Shown: positions 39,700 to 48,397, numbered from the stretch's first letter. The stretch is 64,000 nt of DNA from Sporomusaceae bacterium (GCA_029265905.1 JAJUGR010000009.1:9176-73175), one strand, 5' to 3'. Notes: generated by a model not told the origin, from the letters alone. Numbers and translations: made by a program.

Positions 39700-39833
39700 G
39701 GCCGCTTTTCCGGCGGCGGTGGCTTCGCTGCCGGTAAAACAGCGGCTTGCCGCCAGCATAAGAAATGCTAATTGAGAAAAGGAAGGTTTTAAGCCGTGGT
39801 GAGCGAAAAAGTATCGCCAGAGGTGAATCTTCC

Positions 39834-40979
39834 ATGCCAGTCTTTTCGTATACAGCCAAAAGTTTCGATGGTGAACGCTACGCCGGCGTCCTGACAGCGG
39901 AAAGCCAGCGGGATGTGATTGCTTATATAAAACAGAATAAGGGGATACCTATCAGTATTTTGCGCTCAAAGGAGCATGGAACGGGCTTACGCTTGTTTTA
40001 TGCTCTTTTTTGTGTGGCGCGCTTGCGCGAATGGTCAGTGTGGTGCCTTTCCCTATCGCGCCTGCTGGCGGCCGGCATTCCTGTCTTGCGGGCCCTGCGG
40101 CTGCTGGCGCGGCAGATCCGCTCCCCGACCGTTTGGCGCGCGTTTGATGACGTCATTGCCGATGTTACAGCAGGGGCATCCCTGAGCAGCGCATTCAAAA
40201 GCCGGGGAGCGGCTATCCCCGACCTGGTCCAGGTTATGGCGGCCGCCGGCGAGCAGAGCGGACAGCTGGAAGAAATGCTGGACACGCTGGGGCGGTTTTT
40301 GCAGCGCCAGGAGGCCTTTCGGCGCCGGGTGCGCGGCGTGCTGGCTTACCCTGTCGTCCTGCTTGGCGCCGGCCTCGTCGCGACCGGGGTGTTCCAGCTG
40401 GTGGTTCTGCCGCGCTTTGACCAGCTCTACGCCTCTTTTTCCGTCCAAAGGCCGGCTTTTTCCGGCTTGGCGCTGGCTCCGTTCGTGGCCGTGGCAGTCG
40501 GCTGTTGCAGCTGGCAGTTGCTCTATCAGCCCTTTCAACTGTGGAAGAAGGTGCAGTTGGCGCTTTTTTGCCGCACGATGAGTTTTTTGCTGCAGGCGGG
40601 CGTCAACTATCTTGATGCCGTGTCGCTGGCTTGCCGGACGATTCGGTTTTTCCCGGGCTGCCAGCAGCATAGTGAGAGCCTGGTGGCGGGCTTGGCGCAA
40701 GGGCGTTTGCTGTCAGACCTGCTGCAGGAGTGGCGTGCCTTGTTCGATCCTGTTACCATTGGGATCTTGCAGGCGGGCGAGGAGTCGGGCCGCTTTGACA
40801 TGGCCTTTGCCCTTGGCGCGGAGCAGGCGGAAGCGTCAGCGGAGCAGTTGGCGGAAAACTGGGTGTTATGGTCGCAGCCGATGTTTATTTTGCTGATGAC
40901 GGGTCTGACCGGGGGCTTGCTCTATCGGTTTATTATGCCGCTTTTCCAACTGGCGATTGCGCTCCCGGAACAACTATAA
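39834..40979 (+). CDS. Type II secretion/type IV pilus platform protein (GspF/PilC/ComGB family)
   Basis: LLAAGIPVLRAL, AGEQSGQLEEML, LAYP, second GspF repeat AGEESGRFD, QP; ATG 39834 after AGAGGTGA. Confidence 0.88.
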   Translation: MPVFSYTAKSFDGERYAGVLTAESQRDVIAYIKQNKGIPISILRSKEHGTGLRLFYALFCVARLREWSVWCLSLSRLLAAGIPVLRALRLLARQIRSPTVWRAFDDVIADVTAGASLSSAFKSRGAAIPDLVQVMAAAGEQSGQLEEMLDTLGRFLQRQEAFRRRVRGVLAYPVVLLGAGLVATGVFQLVVLPRFDQLYASFSVQRPAFSGLALAPFVAVAVGCCSWQLLYQPFQLWKKVQLALFCRTMSFLLQAGVNYLDAVSLACRTIRFFPGCQQHSESLVAGLAQGRLLSDLLQEWRALFDPVTIGILQAGEESGRFDMAFALGAEQAEASAEQLAENWVLWSQPMFILLMTGLTGGLLYRFIMPLFQLAIALPEQL

Positions 40980-40996
40980 GCGAGGTGGAATGTACA

Positions 40997-41395
40997 ATGA
41001 GGCTAAAAAGCAAAAGTGCCTGCAGGCGCAAGGGTTTTACCTTGCTGGAGGTCGTGGCGGTGGTGGCCATGCTCGGGGTGTTGGCGAGCATGCTGCTGCC
41101 GTCGGTTGAAACCTATATCAGTCGGTCGCGGGACATGAAATTGGTATCGGATTTATCAGTGGTTGATAGTGCGATCATGCTGTATCGTTTGGATGAAGGG
41201 GCGCTGCCGGCTTCGCTGGATGCGCTGCAGCCGGCGTACATACATGATCAGAAACTGACGGATGCGGCTGAGCAGACTTTTGTCTATACTGTCAATACGC
41301 AAAAAACCGGCTACACGCTTACGGGGAAAAAGGCCGACGGCACGGCCGTCTACTCCAAGGGCAGCACGGTGCCGGAGGCGACGACCGGTGTCTAA
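40997..41395 (+). CDS. Major pilin/pseudopilin (GspG/ComGC-like)
   Basis: Basic leader and canonical G|FTLLEVVAVVAMLG motif with E5, followed by DL..VDSAIMLY.LD.G.LP..L..L.P.Y. Confidence 0.9.
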   Translation: MRLKSKSACRRKGFTLLEVVAVVAMLGVLASMLLPSVETYISRSRDMKLVSDLSVVDSAIMLYRLDEGALPASLDALQPAYIHDQKLTDAAEQTFVYTVNTQKTGYTLTGKKADGTAVYSKGSTVPEATTGV

Positions 41396-41840
41396 GCAAA
41401 AAGCCCTTGCAAGAAGGGGAACATCAATTGCAGAAGCGTTGCTGGCGGTTATGATGACGATGCTGGCGGCCAGCTTGTTTTTAACGATGGCGGTACAATA
41501 TCAGCCTGCGCTGCAAAAAATCCAGGTCGAGAATGCCGCCATGGCGTTGATGCAAGATTTGTACCGGGTGCAGTCGAAAAATGTGAACAGCGACGGGCAG
41601 TTTGTGCTGCATGTGGGGCAAGGAAAAGGGACGTACAGCATTCGTTCGGCGACGAGCATCGTATGCGAAAGGCGCTTTGACGGCGTGCAGTTTTCTTCGG
41701 CGCCGCTGAGCTTCACGTTTTATTGCGACGGGGCGCCGCGTGAGGGCGGTTCTATTTTCGTCAACGCGAGCGATCAGTCGGCAAGCTGGTGCGTTACCGT
41801 CCTGCCCGTCACCGGCCGGATTGCTGTGCGCCGGACATGA
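41388..41840 (+). CDS. Minor pilin-like protein (GspH/ComGD-like)
   Basis: RRG|TSIAEALLAVMM with E5 and a hydrophobic helix; GTG after GGAGG. Confidence 0.7.
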   Translation: MSKQKALARRGTSIAEALLAVMMTMLAASLFLTMAVQYQPALQKIQVENAAMALMQDLYRVQSKNVNSDGQFVLHVGQGKGTYSIRSATSIVCERRFDGVQFSSAPLSFTFYCDGAPREGGSIFVNASDQSASWCVTVLPVTGRIAVRRT

Positions 41841-42184
41841 GCGGCGGCTTGGCGGCTAGACGCGGCCTGGTCCTGCTGCTGTTTGCGGCAGCCGGCCTGG
41901 TCGTGCTTGTGCAGGTTGCGGCGGTGGGCGCCCTGCTGAACAAAGCGGCGGCGGTGGTGATTGGGGCCGAAGAATGCCAGCAAGCGCTGGACTTGGCTCA
42001 GGACATGGTTTGGCAGGTGGACAGCGGGCTGGTCGCGGAAACAGGGGAAGAAAAAAACGGTTCCTGGTCGGTTGCCTGGCGTAAAAGCTGGTGCGATGAG
42101 CTGCAAGGCTGGCGCATCCACGTAACGGTGGCCGGCACCTCGCTTGGGCGCAATTGGGCGACACAGGTCACGACCTTTCGCTAG
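41837..42184 (+). CDS. Minor pilin-like protein (degenerate)
   Basis: RRG|LVLLLFAAAGLVVLV without E5; ATGA overlap with the previous gene. Confidence 0.55.
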   Translation: MSGGLAARRGLVLLLFAAAGLVVLVQVAAVGALLNKAAAVVIGAEECQQALDLAQDMVWQVDSGLVAETGEEKNGSWSVAWRKSWCDELQGWRIHVTVAGTSLGRNWATQVTTFR

Positions 42185-42194
42185 GGATGATGGG

Positions 42195-42731
42195 ATGCGC
42201 TTACAGCGAAAAGGGAATATGCTTGCTTCGACCCTCCTTTTTCTTAGCTGCCTGGTCCTGATCGGGTTGGCCGGCGTGCAGTTGCTGCTAGCCGGCCTGC
42301 GGGTGTGGGAAGCGGGCATGTCGGCGCTGCTGCTGGACAACAACGGACGGGCGGTTTGCCGGGCCCTGGAAAGGGAGTTGAACGCTGAGCTGGCGGATGC
42401 GGCTGTGCGGGTTGGGAGCGATGGGGATGTGCTGGTCGGGAATGGCGTAAGGGCGGGGCGGGAATATTCCTTTTTCAGCCAGCCATCGCCGGAAACCGGA
42501 CGTCGGGCTGTCTATAGGAGCGTTTCTGTTGCTGGGCAGGCGCCGGGGGTGAATCCGCTTACTGACCCGAACAGCGTGGCAGTCACTGCTTGGCAAGTGC
42601 GCTGCCTGTCGAAAAACACCGTGGAAGCGGCGTTTCAACTGCAGGATATCCGGACGGGAAGGAGACGGGAATATCATGTGCTTTTGACCTTATACAATGC
42701 AAGGGCGGCGGCCGAAACGGGGCAGTACTGA
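42195..42731 (+). CDS. Minor pilin-like protein (PilW/GspJ position)
   Basis: RKG|NMLASTLLFLSCLVLIG followed by AV..ALEREL; operon position. Confidence 0.55.
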   Translation: MRLQRKGNMLASTLLFLSCLVLIGLAGVQLLLAGLRVWEAGMSALLLDNNGRAVCRALERELNAELADAAVRVGSDGDVLVGNGVRAGREYSFFSQPSPETGRRAVYRSVSVAGQAPGVNPLTDPNSVAVTAWQVRCLSKNTVEAAFQLQDIRTGRRREYHVLLTLYNARAAAETGQY

Positions 42732-43690
42732 TTTTTTTGCTGGTTATCGGACTGTTGCTGCTGTCAGCCGGCGGGTATTTGCTTAAAACGGCGGTCAATG
42801 AATACAGTGCCGTCCGGGCCGAGGCAGAAGCAAAACAGGCGCTTGTGCTGGCGGCCGGCGTGATGCGGCCCTTGGCGCGCCAGTACGAAAAGAATCAGCT
42901 GCAAACAGGAGTTTCAGCCTGGCATGACGAATATACGCCTACAGACACGCCGGGCGGAGGACTTCGCTGGCGGACTGCGCTTTACGGCCAGCCGCCAGAA
43001 GTGGCCTGGCTTGTTGCGGAAGCGCAGAGCGGGCAAAGCACCCGCACGGTGGAAAAAGGCTTTTTTGCTCCGCCCGGGGGCGCCGGGCAAGCAGCGTACC
43101 AGCAGGCGTTATATGCCGGAACCGGCTTGACGGTAGCCGACCAGAGCGTGCTGGCCGAAAATGTGTTAAGCGGCGGAACCGTCCTTGTCGCCGGACAGCC
43201 TTTGCCGGAGCGGTCTTATCGGCCGTTGCCGCTGCCGCTGCCGGCTTGGGCGGCCTATACGCGCGGACGCGCCTTCCCTGCTTATTCTTTTTGGCTGAGT
43301 GGCGGGACCGAAGGGCAGTTTTATAACGGCTATCTGGCTTCTCGCCAGCAGACGGGGTATTTTTATCCCGGCCTGCGGATTGACGGCGATGGCGTTTTCA
43401 TTAATCCGTTGGAGATTGAAATCGGCCAAGGCGTGGCTTTTACCGGCGATGTGCGGATTATCAGCGCGGGGAGCGTGCTCATACGCGATCGCGTTCAGCT
43501 AAAGCAAGCCTTCATCTATGCCCGAGGCGGGATTGTGTTTGGCAATGGGGTTTCTTTTTCGGGCGTGGCTGTGACGCCCGGCACGATAACGGTCGGCAGT
43601 CAGTGCTCCATAGCGTGGGACAATCGGGTGCTGCGACCTTTTCAAACGCCGATTACGATTAGCGGGAAGGAGTTGGTTTCTTGGAACTGA
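42590..43690 (+). CDS. PilX/ComGG-like large minor pilin; start uncertain
   Basis: G|AVLIFLLVIGLLLL...AEAKQALVLAAG pattern typical of PilX/GspK-like proteins, with a beta-rich C-terminus. No well-placed canonical start. Confidence 0.55.
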   Translation: MASALPVEKHRGSGVSTAGYPDGKETGISCAFDLIQCKGGGRNGAVLIFLLVIGLLLLSAGGYLLKTAVNEYSAVRAEAEAKQALVLAAGVMRPLARQYEKNQLQTGVSAWHDEYTPTDTPGGGLRWRTALYGQPPEVAWLVAEAQSGQSTRTVEKGFFAPPGGAGQAAYQQALYAGTGLTVADQSVLAENVLSGGTVLVAGQPLPERSYRPLPLPLPAWAAYTRGRAFPAYSFWLSGGTEGQFYNGYLASRQQTGYFYPGLRIDGDGVFINPLEIEIGQGVAFTGDVRIISAGSVLIRDRVQLKQAFIYARGGIVFGNGVSFSGVAVTPGTITVGSQCSIAWDNRVLRPFQTPITISGKELVSWN

Positions 43691-43974
43691 AAAATTACAT
43701 GGAAGAGTTGGTGTGGTCGCGTTTGGATGAGGTGATGGCGGCTCACCAAGGGGTTTGCCGCTGTGAGCATTGCCGCTATGACGTGGCTGCATTGGCGCTT
43801 AATTTTTTGCCGACCCGTTATGTCGTGACGGAAAAAGGCGAGATTTACACGAAGTTGAACACGCTGGAGCAGCAGTTTGACATCGACATTGTAACGGCGA
43901 TCAGCCGCGGCGTGCTGATTGTAAAGAGCCGCCCCCGCCACGATATGGCCGAGAAAAAGCCCTTTGAATGGTAA
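43681..43974 (+). CDS. Late competence development ComFB-family protein
   Basis: MELKNYMEELV..CRCEHCRYDVAALALNFLP.RYVV..G..PRH family pattern. Confidence 0.88.
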   Translation: MELKNYMEELVWSRLDEVMAAHQGVCRCEHCRYDVAALALNFLPTRYVVTEKGEIYTKLNTLEQQFDIDIVTAISRGVLIVKSRPRHDMAEKKPFEW

Positions 43975-44009
43975 AAGGAGGTTGCGCCCCGGCGCAACCT
44001 CCTTTTTTT
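43973..44009. terminator. Bidirectional terminator between ComFB and the LarA-family gene
   Basis: AAAAGGAGGTTGCGC / GCGCAACCTCCTTTT stem followed by a T-run. Confidence 0.88.
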
Positions 44010-44017
44010 AGCAATCC

Positions 44018-45286
44018 TTATTTTTCGCTGGCCAGAACCGGGACGGTTAGGCCGCCTTGCGGCATAAGCAGGGTCGTTGGGTTGGGGCCGAGCTTTTTGT
44101 GGGCGATGGCGACCGCCTCATCCAGCGTTGCGGCGGGGGTGAACAGCAGCAGGCTTGCCAGCTCGGGGGGCAGCGCGGAAACAAGGATGAATTCGGCCTT
44201 TTTCATCAAGCGGGTGACCGCATACGCCTTGTGGCCGCCGATGACGAAGTTTTTGCGGACCTCTTCCTCAATGCGTTCCGGCGTCTGATATTTTTTCATC
44301 CAGTCGATCATCATGTCGGAGCCGACCCCTTCAATGCATTCCGCCAGCAAAATGACGACGCCGCCTTCCCGCACGGCCAGCCAGGCGTTGTCCATCGTTT
44401 TTTGCATTTGGTAGACATTGATATCCTTGGGGTAGCCGCCGCAGGTGGCGATGACCAAATCAGCCGGTTTTTCCAGCGGCGTTCCGTAGATGCTCTCGAC
44501 AAATTTGCAACCGGCCAAGTGGGCCTCGATGTAATCGCCGGCGAACACGCCCAGGAATTCCTTCTTTTCATTCAGCACCACATTTAGCAAAAAGCTGGGG
44601 CGGCACATTTCCGCTCCTTCCACCTGATCGTCGTAAACCGGATTGCCTTTGAGGCGTCCGAGGCCGGCGTTGGGGTGGAGCATGAACGAATGGTTGTGGC
44701 GGATCGTTTCATGGGCGGACACGCCGGGAAAAAGCGCCTTGCGCCCGCCGCCGAAGCCGGCGAAAAAGTGGTAGACGATGCTGCCGGTGCAGATGATGTG
44801 ATCCGCCTCCACGGCGCGTTTGTGAAAGGCGACCGGCGTGCCGAAGCTGGTCGTTCCGAGCGTTACAAAGTCTTCGGCTTTTTTGGCCTCGCTGTTGTAC
44901 ATGGCGACGCGTTTGGCCACTGGCTCGCCGACCAGCTCCGTCATTTCTTCGCGCGATAAAATATGGTGTGTGCCTAACGCGAACAAAATCGTGATGTCTT
45001 GATCCGGAATTCCGGCGCTGTTGAGTTCGTCGAGCAGCACCGGTAAAAATACATCGCTGTTAGCGACGCGGGTTGAATCGTTAACGAGCAGGGTGACGGT
45101 TTCGCCCGGCTTGACCAACTGCGCGAGCGGCGCCGAACCGATCGGGTTGCGGATCGCCTGCTGAATTGCGGCGACGGGATCGGCCAGTACGGGCTTTTCG
45201 GAAATCTTTAGCTCGGCGGCTACCTGTGCAGGATCCATCTCTAACGAGAACTTTGTCTTGCCATACTTGAAGTGATACAGAGCCAT
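44018..45286 (-). CDS. LarA-family nickel-pincer-dependent racemase/epimerase
   Basis: NDSTR, ALGTH, HFFAGFGGGRKALFPG, HNH, GGYPKDINVYQMQK match the LarA superfamily. Confidence 0.9.
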   Translation of the reverse strand: MALYHFKYGKTKFSLEMDPAQVAAELKISEKPVLADPVAAIQQAIRNPIGSAPLAQLVKPGETVTLLVNDSTRVANSDVFLPVLLDELNSAGIPDQDITILFALGTHHILSREEMTELVGEPVAKRVAMYNSEAKKAEDFVTLGTTSFGTPVAFHKRAVEADHIICTGSIVYHFFAGFGGGRKALFPGVSAHETIRHNHSFMLHPNAGLGRLKGNPVYDDQVEGAEMCRPSFLLNVVLNEKKEFLGVFAGDYIEAHLAGCKFVESIYGTPLEKPADLVIATCGGYPKDINVYQMQKTMDNAWLAVREGGVVILLAECIEGVGSDMMIDWMKKYQTPERIEEEVRKNFVIGGHKAYAVTRLMKKAEFILVSALPPELASLLLFTPAATLDEAVAIAHKKLGPNPTTLLMPQGGLTVPVLASEK

Positions 45287-45323
45287 AAACACGACCTCCC
45301 ATGATCATCAAAATACAATTATC

Positions 45324-45352
45324 TTATTCGCGAACGGAGGGAAATATCCTGT
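45324..45352 (-). promoter_or_regulatory. sigmaH-type promoter upstream of the LarA-family gene
   Basis: Minus strand ACAGGATAT-N11-CGCGAATAA. Confidence 0.7.
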
Positions 45353-45413
45353 TGTATTTTTATTCTAAATCATGTATTATGAATTGAAACCGCAACGAAT
45401 GGAGGGGGCTGGC

Positions 45414-45881
45414 ATGACCGGAAAAGTGATTTACCGCCCGGCTGTTTTTGCCGATGTGGAGGCATTGTATCATTTGTTGAGCGCCTATGCAAAAGAAGGC
45501 TTGATGTTGCCGCGAGCACGCAGCGTACTATATGAAAACCTACGCGATTTTGTTGTTGCTGAAGTAGATGGCGAGGTTGTCGGGGCTGGCGCCCTGCATT
45601 TCTTATGGGACAAACTGGCGGAAGTCCGTTCTCTCGCCATTGCGCCCGAATGGGCCAAGAAAGGGTTGGGCCGGGAAATCGTCCGCCGCCTGGAAGAAGA
45701 CGGCCGGAAGTTTGGCGTGACGATGTTCTTTGCGTTGACCTACCAGCCGGGCTTTTTTACAGCCTGCGGCTATGAGCGGGCCGAAAAGGAAATGGTGCCG
45801 CAGAAGGTTTGGAAGGAATGCGTCTATTGCCCCAAATACCCTGACTGCGATGAAATTGCGATGATTAAGCACATTGTTTGA
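45414..45881 (+). CDS. GNAT acetyltransferase, short N-acetylglutamate-synthase-like
   Basis: MLPRARSVLYENLRDF, AEVRSLAI, FALTYQP.FF, PQKVWKECVYCPKYPDCDEIAM; substrate not certain. Confidence 0.8.
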   Translation: MTGKVIYRPAVFADVEALYHLLSAYAKEGLMLPRARSVLYENLRDFVVAEVDGEVVGAGALHFLWDKLAEVRSLAIAPEWAKKGLGREIVRRLEEDGRKFGVTMFFALTYQPGFFTACGYERAEKEMVPQKVWKECVYCPKYPDCDEIAMIKHIV

Positions 45882-45887
45882 GCGCAC

Positions 45888-45931
45888 AAAACAGCGGCCG
45901 GCAGCAAGTGGCGATGCCGGCCGCTGTTTTT
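45888..45931 (+). terminator. Terminator after the GNAT gene
   Basis: 16-bp stem AAAACAGCGGCCGGCA / TGCCGGCCGCTGTTTT. Confidence 0.85.
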
Positions 45932-45964
45932 GCCGTTCGGGCGACGGCGAATAGTTGTGCTGAA

Positions 45965-45994
45965 GAAGGAATAACAGACGCTGATTGCGAATTT
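45965..45994 (+). promoter_or_regulatory. sigmaH-type promoter upstream of the CoA-binding protein gene
   Basis: GAAGGAATA-N12-TGCGAATTT. Confidence 0.6.
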
Positions 45995-46044
45995 AATATG
46001 ATGGCAAGCGGATTTTCAAGCATGAGTTGAAGGGGGTTGGCGCA

Positions 46045-46431
46045 TTGAATAAGGATGTTCTCCATTTGCCGGTCTGGGCTGTTGTGGGGGCGACTGACAA
46101 TCCCAGCAAGTTTGGCTGCAAAATTTACCGATTCATGAAAGCGGCCGGTTACGAAGTGCTGCCGGTCAATCCTGGCCTAAAAACACTTGACGGAGAGCCG
46201 TGCTACCCGTCTTTATTGGCGTTGCCGAAAAAGCCGGATGTCGTGGACGTGGTTGTTCCGCCCAAGGTAGGCGAACAAATTTTGCGCGATGCCGCAAAAG
46301 CCGGCATTGAACACGTGTGGCTGCAGCCGGGGGCGGAATCGGACGACCTGATCGCCTTAGGGGAAGAACTGGGCCTCAATGTCATTCATCATGATTGCGT
46401 CCTGGTGGCGGTGCGAAACCGGAAGGGGTAG
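46045..46431 (+). CDS. CoA-binding protein (YccU-like)
   Basis: AVVGATDNPSKFG, VLPVNP, YPSL, VWLQPGAES, DCVLV. Confidence 0.9.
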   Translation: MNKDVLHLPVWAVVGATDNPSKFGCKIYRFMKAAGYEVLPVNPGLKTLDGEPCYPSLLALPKKPDVVDVVVPPKVGEQILRDAAKAGIEHVWLQPGAESDDLIALGEELGLNVIHHDCVLVAVRNRKG

Positions 46432-46471
46432 ACAGCCAGTTATGTGGTTATGTGGTGCCTGACCCCGCTGA

Positions 46472-46513
46472 GCAGACAAAAGGGGCGCACATCCGTGCGC
46501 CCCTTTTGTCTGC
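46472..46513. terminator. Bidirectional terminator
   Basis: 19-bp perfect stem GCAGACAAAAGGGGCGCAC / GTGCGCCCCTTTTGTCTGC between convergent genes. Confidence 0.9.
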
Positions 46514-46521
46514 CTTGTGCT

Positions 46522-46710
46522 TTAGACCAGTGCGTTCAAGTCAGCCATCAGCTTGTCAATGTCAATGCCGTGTGCGGCGGCGCCTTGCTCGATCGTTTCA
46601 AAACGAGCGGCGATGCAGCCGAGGCAACCCATGCCGTGTTGGCGCAAAACGCCTGCTGCGCCCGGATGCGCTTCTACGAGTTCGATAATCCCCATTTCTT
46701 TGGTGAACAT
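46522..46710 (-). CDS. DUF1858 small redox-disulfide-domain protein
   Basis: MFTKEMGIIELVEAHP...GMGCLGCIAARFETIEQGAAAHGID pattern with CxxC. Confidence 0.88.
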   Translation of the reverse strand: MFTKEMGIIELVEAHPGAAGVLRQHGMGCLGCIAARFETIEQGAAAHGIDIDKLMADLNALV

Positions 46711-46935
46711 GGACGGTTTCCCCTCTTTTCCTATCATTTCAATTCATTATATCACCATCGGATTTTGAAGTCGACTAAAAAAGAGGGTTGCCGCGCCCCA
46801 ACGGCTGTGCGAAATGGCGCAGGGAACGGTCGTGGATATTTGCTTGTGGGACCTAAGTCCTAATTTTAAAAAAGGTTTGAAATTCTCCCGATTGGAGGAG
46901 GATTTCTTTTTTTTTGCACGAAATAGACTGGTAAT

Positions 46936-46972
46936 GTGGTGATTTGTGGTGAAAAGTGGAGGAGAGGTGGCG
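46936..46972 (+). promoter_or_regulatory. MraZ-binding direct repeats
   Basis: GTGGTG-N4-GTGGTG-N4-GTGGAG-N5-GTGGCG just upstream of mraZ, matching the Firmicute GTGG[A/T]G repeats. Confidence 0.88.
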
Positions 46973-46978
46973 GAGCAA

Positions 46979-47410
46979 ATGTTCATGGGCGAATATGAAC
47001 ACAGTCTTGATGCCAAAGGCCGCCTCTTCTTACCCGCCAAATTCCGCGAACAGCTGGGCGAACAGTTTGTCGTTACAAAAGGCTTGGACAATTGCTTGTT
47101 TGTTTATACCCAGCAAGAATGGAAGCTGCTTGAAGAAAAGCTACATAAGCTGCCGCTGGCCAAGAAAGAAGCACGGGCTTTCGTGCGGTTTTTCTTTTCG
47201 GGCGCGGCGGAAGTGGAATCAGATAAGCAAGGCCGGGTGCTCTTGCCGCAAAACTTGCGGGCGCATGCGGCGCTGGAGAAAGATGTGATTGTGGTTGGCG
47301 TTGCCAGCCGCATCGAACTGTGGGACAAAGCAAAGTGGGAAGCTTACACGGCGGCCTCGGATGAAGCGGTGGCGGACATCGCCGAAGAACTTGCAGATTT
47401 AGGCATATGA
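46979..47410 (+). CDS. mraZ: Division/cell-wall cluster repressor MraZ
   Basis: [35 protein letters not shown]. Confidence 0.98.
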   Translation: MFMGEYEHSLDAKGRLFLPAKFREQLGEQFVVTKGLDNCLFVYTQQEWKLLEEKLHKLPLAKKEARAFVRFFFSGAAEVESDKQGRVLLPQNLRAHAALEKDVIVVGVASRIELWDKAKWEAYTAASDEAVADIAEELADLGI

Positions 47411-47427
47411 ACAGATGAGGTGGCAGC

Positions 47428-48363
47428 ATGATTGAGTTTCACCATGTCAGTATTTTGGCGCAGGCCTGCACGGATTGGCTGATTCAGGATCCAAACGGCA
47501 TCTATGTGGACGGCACTGTCGGCGGTGCCGGGCACGCACGGCAGCTGGCGGAACGGTTGCAGCCCGGCGGCACCCTGGTGGCGATCGACAGGGACCCGGA
47601 CGCCTTGGCGGTGGCGGCGGAACGATTGCGGGATCTTCCCTGCCAGGTGAAAATCATCCGCGGCAACCATCAGCAGATGGGGGAATTGCTTGATCGGTTG
47701 GGTATTTTGGCGGTGGACGGCATCCTGCTGGACTTGGGCGTATCCTCCTTCCAGCTTGATACGGCGGAGCGCGGCTTTTCCTACATGCATGACGGGCCGC
47801 TTGACATGCGGATGAATCCGGAGGATCCCTTGGACGCCGCCCGGATTGTCAATGAATACAGCGAAAAAGAACTGGCGGAGATTATTTTCAGCTACGGCGA
47901 GGAAAGATGGGCCAAGCGGATTGCACAGTTTATCGTGCAAAAGCGGGCGGAAAAGCCGATCGCCACAACCGGCGAGCTGGTGGAGATCATTAAGCAGGCG
48001 ATTCCTGCTGCGGCCAGAAGAGAAGGGCCGCACCCCGCCAAGCGCACCTTTCAGGCGTTGCGCATCGCCGTTAACGGGGAGTTGGCAGGATTGGAAAAGG
48101 GCCTGCTGGCGGCGGTGGAACGATTAAAGCCCGGCGGCAGGATTGCCGTGATCACCTTCCACTCGCTGGAAGACCGGATCGTGAAAAAAACGTTTCAAAA
48201 CCTGGCGAAAAAATGCATTTGTCCGCCGAACCTGCCGATTTGTACTTGTCAGCACCAAGCGGTATTGAAAAAATTGTCCTGGCAGGCGCCGAGCGAAGCA
48301 GAAGTTGAGGCGAATCCCCGGGCGAGAAGCGCAAAGCTGCGCATGGCGGAAAAAATATCATAG
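47428..48363 (+). CDS. rsmH: 16S rRNA m4C1402 methyltransferase RsmH
   Basis: DGTVGGAGH, DLGVSSFQLD, GPLDMRM, FQALRIAVN, FHSLEDR, NPRARSAKLR. Confidence 0.98.
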   Translation: MIEFHHVSILAQACTDWLIQDPNGIYVDGTVGGAGHARQLAERLQPGGTLVAIDRDPDALAVAAERLRDLPCQVKIIRGNHQQMGELLDRLGILAVDGILLDLGVSSFQLDTAERGFSYMHDGPLDMRMNPEDPLDAARIVNEYSEKELAEIIFSYGEERWAKRIAQFIVQKRAEKPIATTGELVEIIKQAIPAAARREGPHPAKRTFQALRIAVNGELAGLEKGLLAAVERLKPGGRIAVITFHSLEDRIVKKTFQNLAKKCICPPNLPICTCQHQAVLKKLSWQAPSEAEVEANPRARSAKLRMAEKIS

Positions 48364-48397
48364 TTCCTAAATTTAATAAAAATTAGGAGGCTATCTG

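Noticed and set aside
45367-45387. Possible ARG box before the argA-like GNAT gene
   Set aside because: AT-rich imperfect palindrome that does not convincingly fit the ARG consensus; single copy; no other arg genes nearby.
46439-46455. GTTATGTG tandem duplication
   Set aside because: Only two 8-bp copies in a 3' untranslated region; no array or spacer structure.
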